Origin: Octopus sinensis
Taxonomy: Eukaryota
Direction: 5' to 3'
Assembly: GCF_006345805.1 (NCBI RefSeq)
Contig: NW_021825634.1
Span: 1-14,973 of the forward strand
Length of the DNA: 14,973 nucleotides
Part shown: positions 8,775 through 14,973 of the stretch, piece after piece
How the letters are laid out: each line of letters begins with the position of its first letter
Position numbering within the stretch: position 1 is the first letter of the stretch
Notes under the pieces: model-generated
What the model saw: the letters and a program-made list of their open reading frames with translations, nothing else
What the model was told of the DNA's origin: nothing
The model's database searches: none
Made by a program: the position numbers and the translations under genes

Positions 8775-8957
8775 GATCGCTAGCCACTACACATTCTTTA
8801 TTTTCTCTCGTTGTTTCTTTCTATTTTCTTTTCTGTTGAAGAGCGTAGGCTCGAAACGTTAAAGACATTTTCAATTCCCGAGCGTTATACTAATACATCT
8901 GTTTGTTGTCTACATTACTTATCTTCGTCTTTGGTTTTTTCTTATGAACTATCCCCT

Positions 8958-8958
<1 letters not shown>
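8775..8958 (+). mobile_element. ~185-bp non-coding repeat carrying hammerhead-like motif HH-B (candidate Penelope pLTR or retrozyme)
   Basis: Colinear with the reverse complement of 12927-13124 over its whole length. 3' end abuts (TA)n at 8959-8988. Confidence 0.65.
8827..8865 (+). ncRNA. Minimal type I hammerhead-like fold with non-canonical core CUGUUGA (HH-B copy 1)
   Basis: UCUUUU-CUGUUGA-A-GAGC-GUAG-GCUC-GAAA-C-GU-U-AAAGA: stem I UCUUU/AAAGA, 4-bp stem II and loopless palindromic stem III (ACGU). Confidence 0.55.
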
Positions 8959-8988
<30 letters not shown>

Positions 8989-8991
<3 letters not shown>

Positions 8992-9242
8992 GACGTATAT
9001 TTGCCATTTGAATATGGCTAACCCCTAAGGGTGGATGCTACTGTAGTTTGTAGCCCCAGGAAGACACCTCCTCCAGCTGGCTATAGACACACTTTCTGTG
9101 CCCTATCAGTATTTGTGAAGGGAAGTCATCCTCCCCGTCTTCAACTTATGATACACACGGACTCGAGTTTCAAGGTATTGACCTATCATCGGCGTGTGAC
9201 AATCATAGTTGTCGACGAGAAGTCAGTTTCCCTCACAAATAC
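8989..9242 (-). mobile_element. ~255-bp non-coding element carrying hammerhead-like motif HH-C, flanked by (TA)n on both sides
   Basis: Bounded by (TA)n at 8959-8988 and 9243-9253, with internal inverted repeat 9109-9124/9228-9242. Single copy in the window, so repeat status is inferred. Confidence 0.5.
9154..9198 (-). ncRNA. Minimal type I hammerhead-like fold (HH-C)
   Basis: Minus strand CACACG-CCGAUGA-UAGGU-CAAU-ACCUU-GAAA-CUC-GAG-UC-CGUGUG: perfect 6-bp stem I, stem II AGGU/ACCU, palindromic stem III ACUCGAGU and GUC triplet. Deviations are U4->C and a U.U pair at the base of stem II. Confidence 0.65.
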
Positions 9243-9609
9243 ATATATATATAATGCAATACGAATGTATTACTTTCCAGTAAAAGATAGCCCATAAGGG
9301 TAAAATTATACCTATAAAAGTAGGTAAATGGTACAACAAGGCACCAATATTTACTGGAAAATAGCAATCGTAATAGATACGACGATATTGTATAGCTTCA
9401 CTGCGTATATACTAGCAAAGACGCGTGTGTGCAACAAACATGAAAAAAAAAATTATCTTACCTCTCGGAAGAACATCTGATAAATGGACAACCCAAAATC
9501 GGATAATGCAGGACCGGTTTCTGACTCTTCAAATACGTTTGACAACGTAAATTTGATTAGTCTTCATCAGCTGCATTTACCTAGACAAGATTTCAAATGT
9601 TGCCACATC

Positions 9610-9695
9610 AATACCTATTTCTTTACTACCCAGAAGGGGCTAAACACAGAGAGGACAAACAAGGACAGACAAACGGATTAAGTCGATTATATCGA
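9610..9695 (-). mobile_element. 3' tail fragment of SINE family B, cut at the LINE 5' junction
   Basis: Reverse complement of 16-97. Confidence 0.7.
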
Positions 9696-9698
9696 TAA

Positions 9699-10757
9699 TT
9701 CCGGGTAGAGGTTGGGGTCCACCAAGGTTCAGTCCTCAGTCCCCTCCTATCTATCATAGTCCTCCAGGCAATAACGGAGGAATTCAAGACAGGATGCCCC
9801 TGGGAGCTCCTCTATGCTGATGACCTTGCTCTAATTGCTGAGTCCCTATCATACTGGAGAAGTTTCAGGTGGTGGAAGCAGGATTAGAATCGAAGGGCCT
9901 TAGAATCAACCTAGCCAAAACCAAAGTCCTAATAAGTAGGAAGGTAGACCAGTCACAAACGACTTCAGGTAGATGGCCCTGCTCTATCTGTAAAAAAGGT
10001 GTAGGTAGAACTCTATAAGGTGCACCAAGTGTAAGCTATGGACACAAGAGGTGCAGCAATATCAAAGGAAGGCTAACTAGGAAATATTTTTTGTCTGTGG
10101 CAGATGCTCAGGAGCAATAAACACTGGAAATGAGCAGAGACCAACTTCTACCACGTTCCAGGGAGACAAACTAGAAGTAGTTGATAGCTTCCGCTACCTA
10201 GGTGACCAAGTCAGTAGGCGGGGTGGGGTGTGCTGAAAGTGTAACTGCTAGAGTAAGAATAGCCTGGGCAAAGTTTAGAGAGCTCTTACCCCTGCTGGTG
10301 ACAAAGGCCTCTCGCTCAGAGTAAAAGCCAGACTGTATGATGCATGTGTACGTACAGCCATGCTACATGGTAGTGAAACATGGGCCGTGACTGCTGAGGA
10401 CATGCGTAAGCTTGCAAGAAATGAAGCCAGTATGCTCCGATGGATGTGGTAATGTCAGTGTTCATAATCGACAGAGTGTAAGTACCTTGAGAGAAAAGTT
10501 GGACCTAAGAAGCATCAGTTGTGGTGTGCAGAGAGACGGCTGCGCTGGTATGGTCATGTGACGAGAATGGCTGAAGATAGTTGTGTGCAAAGTGCCACAC
10601 TCTAGCAGTTGAGGGTACCTGTGGAAGAGGTAGACCCAGGAAAACCTGGGATGAGGTGGTGAAGCACGACCTTGGCACTTTAGGTCTCACCAAGGAAATG
10701 ACTAGAGACCGAGACCTATGGAAGTATGCTGTGCGTGAGAAGACCCGGCAAGACTAG
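9699..10757 (+). pseudogene. RTE-clade-like LINE ORF2 fragment (reverse transcriptase C-terminal half)
   Basis: GVHQGSVLSPLL, ELLYADDLALIAE (YADD at 9813-9824), GLRINLAKTKV, FRYLG, GSETW, RLRWYGHV and GRGRPRKTW across several frameshifts. Stop TAG at 10755-57. Confidence 0.9.
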
Positions 10758-10931
10758 TGAGACCATAACCCGTGGCCTCTACCTGGTATGTAGCCAGTCG
10801 ACTTATACATACCTTGTGAAGACCCGTTGAGGCAAGTGAAAATCAAATCAAACCAAATCAAATCAGATATCAGAAAGCAGAACCAAAATCGAAGTCGATC
10901 AACATCAATGGAAATTGCAGCTGTGATACCA

Positions 10932-12702
10932 GTGCCGGTGACAAGTAAGCGAACCATCCGATCGTGGCCGTTGCCAGCGCCGCCCCGACTGGCCTCCGTG
11001 CCGGTGACAAGTAAGCGAACCATCCGATCGTGGCCGTTGCCAGCCTCGCCTGGCCCCCGTGCCGGTGACAAGTAAGCGAACCATCCGATCGTGGCCGTTG
11101 CCAGCCTCGCCTGGCCCCCGTGCCGGTGACAAGTAAGCGAACCATCCGATCGTGGCCGTTGCCAGCGCCGCCCCGACTGGCCTCCGTGCCGGTGACAAGT
11201 AAGCGAACCATCCGATCGTGGCCGTTGCCAGCCTCGCCTGGCCTCCGTGCCGGTGACAAGTAAGCGAACCATCCGATCGTGGCCGTTGCCAGCCTCGCCT
11301 GGCCCCCGTGCCGGTGACAAGTAAGCGAACCATCCGATCGTGGCCGTTGCCAGCCTCGCCTGGCCTCCGTGCCGGTGACAAGTAAGCGAACCATCCGATC
11401 GTGGCCGTTGCCAGCGCCGCCCCGACTACCCTCCGTGCCGGTGACAAGTAAGCGAACCATCCGTTCGTGGCCGTTGCCAGCCTCGCCTGGCCCCCGTGCC
11501 GGTGACAAGTAAGCGAACCATCCGATCGTGGCCGTTGCCAGCCTCGCCTGGCCCCCGTGCCGGTGACAAGTAAGCGAACCATCCGATCGTGGCCGTTGCC
11601 AGCGCCGCCCCGACTGGCCTCCGTGCCGGTGACAAGTAAGCGAACCATCCGATCGTGGCCGTTGCCAGCCTCGCCTGGCCCCGTGCCGGTGACAAGTAAG
11701 CGAACCATCCGTTCGTGGCCGTTGCCAGCCTCGCCTGGCCCCCGTGCCGGTGACAAGTAGCGAACCAACCATCCGATCGTGGCCGTTGCCAGCCTCGCCT
11801 GGCCCCCGTGCCGGTGACAAGTAAGCGAACCATCCGATCGTGGCCGTTGCCAGCGCCGCCCCGACTGGCCTCCGTGCCGGTGACAAGTAAGCGAACCATC
11901 CGATCGTGGCGTTGCCAGCCTCGCCTGGCCTCCGTGCCGGTGACAAGTAAGCGAACCATCCGATCGTGGCCGTTGCCAGCGCCGCCCCGACTACCCTCCG
12001 TGCCGGTGACAAGTAAGCGAACCATCCGTTCGTGGCCGTTGCCAGCCTCGCCTGGCCCCCGTGCCGGTGACAAGTAACGAACCATCCGATCGTGGCCGTT
12101 GCCAGCCTCGCCTGGCCCCGTGCCGGTGACAAGTAAGCGAACCACCATCCGATCGTGGCCGTTGCCAGCCTCCGCCTGGCCCCCGTGCCGGTGACAAGTA
12201 AGCGAACCATCCGATCGTGGCCGTTGCCAGCCTCGCTTGGCCCCCGTGCCGGTGACAAGTAAGCGAACCATCCGATCGTGGCGTTGCCAGCCTCGCCTCC
12301 CCCGTGCCGGTGACAAGTAAGCGAACCATCCGATCGTGGCCGTTGCCAGCCTCGCTTGGCCCCCGTGCCGGTGACAAGTAAGCGAACCATCCGATCGTGG
12401 CCGTTGCCAGCGCCGCCCCGACTGGCCTCCGTGCCGGTGGCACGTAAAAAGCACCATCCGTTCGTGGCCGTTTGCCAGCCTCGCCTGGCCCCCGTGCCGG
12501 TGGCACGTAAAAGCACCATCCGTTCGTGGCCGTTGCCAGCCTCGCCTGGCCCCCGTGCCGGTGGCACGTAAAAGCACCATCCGTTCGTGGCCGTTGCCAG
12601 CCTCGCCTGGCCCCCGTGCCGGTGGCACGTAAAAGTACCATCCGTTCGTGGCCGTTTGCCAGCTCCGTCTGGCTCCTGTGCGGGTGGCACATAAAAAGCA
12701 CC
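10932..12702. repeat. GC-rich minisatellite: 28 full units of 58-66 bp plus a partial unit
   Basis: 47-bp core gtgccggtgacaagtaagcgaaccatccgatcgtggccgttgccagc plus a 14-nt or 19-nt linker (61/66-bp units) in 24 units. The last 4 units plus the partial one have core variant gtgccggtggcacgtaaaagcacc. Confidence 0.97.
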
Positions 12703-12868
12703 CACTACACTCGCGGAGTGGTTGGCGTTAGGAAGGGCATCCAGCCGTAGAAACACTGCCAGATCAGACTGGGCCTGATGCAGCCTTCTGGCTTCACAGA
12801 CCCCAGTTGAACCGTTTCAACCCATGCTAGCATGGAAAACGGACGCTAAATGATGATGATGATGATAT

Positions 12869-12869
12869 C

Positions 12870-12926
<57 letters not shown>
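12869..12926. repeat. (TA)n microsatellite
   Basis: Direct reading. Confidence 0.9.
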
Positions 12927-13124
12927 ACGGAAGGTTTACGAAAATAGACAAAAGACGAAGGTAGGTGGAGTACAAACAAATAATGTATTAGTATGGCGCT
13001 CAGGAATAGAAATAAAACAAGTCTTTTACGTTTCGAGCCTACACTCTTCGACAGAAAGATACACAGAAAAGAAACAAGGAGAGAAACAAGGAGAGAAAAA
13101 AATTACGTGTAGGGGCTACGAATC
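12927..13124 (-). mobile_element. Second copy of the HH-B-bearing non-coding repeat
   Basis: Reverse-complement homolog of 8775-8958. 3' end abuts (TA)n at 12869-12926. Confidence 0.65.
13022..13059 (-). ncRNA. Minimal type I hammerhead-like fold with core CUGUCGA (HH-B copy 2)
   Basis: Minus strand UCUUU-CUGUCGA-A-GAGU-GUAG-GCUC-GAAA-C-GU-A-AAAGA: perfect 5-bp stem I and GUA triplet. Confidence 0.58.
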
Positions 13125-13134
13125 AACATGGCGT

Positions 13135-13170
13135 TATATATATATATACATACATACATACATACATACA

Positions 13171-13202
<32 letters not shown>
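13135..13202. repeat. (TA)n then (CATA)n microsatellite
   Basis: Direct reading. Confidence 0.95.
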
Positions 13203-13663
13203 CTAGCAAATGCACTCGTCCTTTGGATTGAGTAATTATCATAATGGTGCACTCCTGTGGACGATTTAAGTTGAATTAGCCCGCAGTTTGAAGTCGTTTC
13301 AAGTTGATAAGCGTAAAATGTATAATTACAATTTTCGTTAGCAGCTTGTATGGTATTATGAAACTTAAGTAATGAAGAATTTTTTGAATACAAATTTGAC
13401 ACTTATTGATAAATGAAAGTCCATAGAACGGGATTGCAATTGCAGTAGGTATTAGAGATCTTATATCTTACTTGAAGGGTTTTATATCATGTTCTTTTCT
13501 CGTAATACCTGACAGAACTGCATTGAAGCTTCTTTTTCAATGAAACTCATGTATGATAAAGAAAAGCAAACATCTATAACAAACACACAAACAGAATAAT
13601 GGCGTGTACATGCTTATGAGCGAACAGCGTGCGTGAAGTAAGAAGAGTCATTGAAGGTAATAT

Positions 13664-14000
13664 GGAAGCACTCCGTCGGTTACGACGATGAGGGTTCCGG
13701 TTGATCCGAATCAACACGTGCACCCTTAACGTAGTCCTCGGGGATATTCAGCGTGACACAGAGAGTGACAAGGCCGGCCCTTTGAAATACAGGTACAACA
13801 GAAACAGGAAGTAAGAGTGAGAGAAGGTTGTGGTGAAAGAGTACAGCAGGGATCACCACCACCCCCTGCCGGAGCCTCGTGGAGCTTTTAGGTGTTTTCG
13901 CTCAATAAACACTCACAACGCCCGGTCGGTCTGGGAATCGAAACCGCGATCCTATGACTGCGAGTCCGCTGCCCTAACCACTGGGCCATTGCGCCTCCAC
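13664..14000 (-). mobile_element. tRNA-derived SINE family D with 11-bp TSD, inserted in the Helitron
   Basis: GAAGGTAATAT duplicated at 13653-13663 and 14001-14011. Homologous to 6797-7164. Confidence 0.9.
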
Positions 14001-14125
14001 GAAGGTAATATACTGTTAACATTAATCAGGGAAATGAAGCAAAACATCAATGAAATGCATGCGGGAAGTTTGATTGCTAACGGCTACAGTTTGGTATAGA
14101 TGTGAAGAATGCAGTTGAGGAATAA

Positions 14126-14973
14126 CTACTGTAGGGTTGCTTTTCAGAGGACATTTTTTTATTTTCGTTCAGGAGTATAGATGAATAAGTTATCTGGAAG
14201 GCCAACTCTGGAACAACCAACGTAGAACTGTCCATGTGAAAAGCACGATGTTCGAAGGTCCAATCCAACAACTTTCAACGACTGAACTTGTGCTTTGTTA
14301 ATTTTCATGGCGAAGTTGGGTTTCAGAGGGAACTGAATTCTCTACATAATGAAGGGGCAGTCTGTTGGAGTTAGCGGAAGTTTCGGAATGAAAACGGTAT
14401 AGTTTTTGCCGTGTCCCATGATAATTTGGGCTTCAATGGCGTGGTCCATCATTTGTTTGACCACAAGGCGAATTACATTGCACTGTGTGAGTGCGTTTAG
14501 ATTGCGTAGGAGGATCACAGGGCAACCGACTTTCAAGAGAAGTTCATGGGGAGGAGGATATGGAGGATCTTGGGAGTTGAGAAAATCCATTGGAAATTGT
14601 GTAACCTGTTCGAGCTCTTTAACGGTGTCAACTGATCTGTAACAACGTTCTTAAAAAGGAAGCTGACTGAGTAAGTCATAGTTGACAGCTGCATTTGTGG
14701 GGTAAGAACAGCCCTGTCGCGAAGCCAATCTAGTTTTATGTATTCCGTTGTAAGATTTGGGTAAACAGCAGAACATAAGTCATCAGGGCTGAAGTCAGTG
14801 TGGCCAATGGTGGTAGTGTCAATGTATCCGTTGTCATCGGACGTAATTTGTCCATTGCTAATTTCCGAAAACTGGGTTGTAGGCTGACCAGTCTGTAGGA
14901 GTGATCTCATGTTGATAGTGAGTTGTTTCGATTGGACATGCGACCAAAGGAGGGATCTTTAAGGCAGGCATTA
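14126..14973 (-). pseudogene. Helitron PIF1-family helicase C-terminal pseudogene
   Basis: QLTINMR, RAVLTP, FLNSQDPPYPPPHELLLKVGCPVILLRNLN, RIQFPLKPNFAMKINKAQVQS and FSHGQFYVGCSRV motifs, with stops and frameshifts. Confidence 0.9.

Larger units (their letters stand above)
9697..12866 (+). mobile_element. 5'-truncated RTE-like LINE including putative 3' UTR (AAATC repeats, minisatellite, terminal hairpin, (TGA)n tail)
   Basis: ORF2 end is followed by (AAATC)n at ~10840-10864, the array, the palindrome CCATGCTAGCATGG at 12822-12835 and (TGA)n at 12851-12866. That this is one element is inferred, and no TSD was found. Confidence 0.6.
13203..14973 (-). mobile_element. 3' portion of a Helitron (continues beyond the window)
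   Basis: Helicase remnant at 14126-14973. The minus-strand terminus has hairpin ACTC(AA)TCC-AAA-GGA(C)GAGT (13214-13233), 7 nt, then CTAG (13203-13206) followed by T, which is the canonical Helitron 3' end. Confidence 0.75.

Noticed and set aside
9043-9142. HDV-like pairing on the plus strand (GTTTGTA/TATAGAC, GAAGAC/GTCTTC)
   Set aside because: P1.1 and the catalytic J4/2 are absent, and the minus-strand hammerhead explains the element better.
9409-9435. tatactagcaaag as a second Helitron 3' end
   Set aside because: There is no convincing subterminal hairpin or linked Helitron sequence.
10932-12702. CRISPR-like appearance (constant core plus variable linker)
   Set aside because: Linkers are only 14 or 19 nt and recur as two main variants rather than unique spacers. 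There are no cas genes and the context is eukaryotic.
10870-12756. 628-aa, 400-aa, 287-aa and 236-aa ORFs as protein-coding genes
   Set aside because: They are entirely translations of the tandem unit, with frame cycling caused by unit length and indels.

Overview
AT-rich, repeat-dense eukaryotic non-genic (intergenic or intronic) DNA. I infer a coleoid cephalopod, probably Octopus, because the SINE families resemble ones I recall from octopus genomes; I cannot verify this here. No intact host CDS is supported. The window holds four tRNA-derived SINE families (about 13 copies or fragments), a full-span but dead mariner plus a second mariner fragment, a CR1/L2-like LINE 3' end, and a 5'-truncated RTE-like LINE whose putative 3' UTR carries a 28-unit GC-rich minisatellite. 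It also holds the 3' end of a Helitron (helicase pseudogene with hairpin+CTAG terminus) and many microsatellites. The most notable signal is non-coding: five minimal type I hammerhead ribozyme-like folds from three unrelated ~190-255 bp repeat families (1903-1952 + with its inverted twin 1836-1885 -, 8827-8865 +, 9154-9198 -, 13022-13059 -). Each element abuts (TA)n, and each fold has a tiny self-complementary stem III. This pattern suggests Penelope pseudo-LTRs or non-autonomous retrozymes. All RNA folds were derived by eye and cleavage activity is untested. Single-base indels in homopolymers may be assembly errors.
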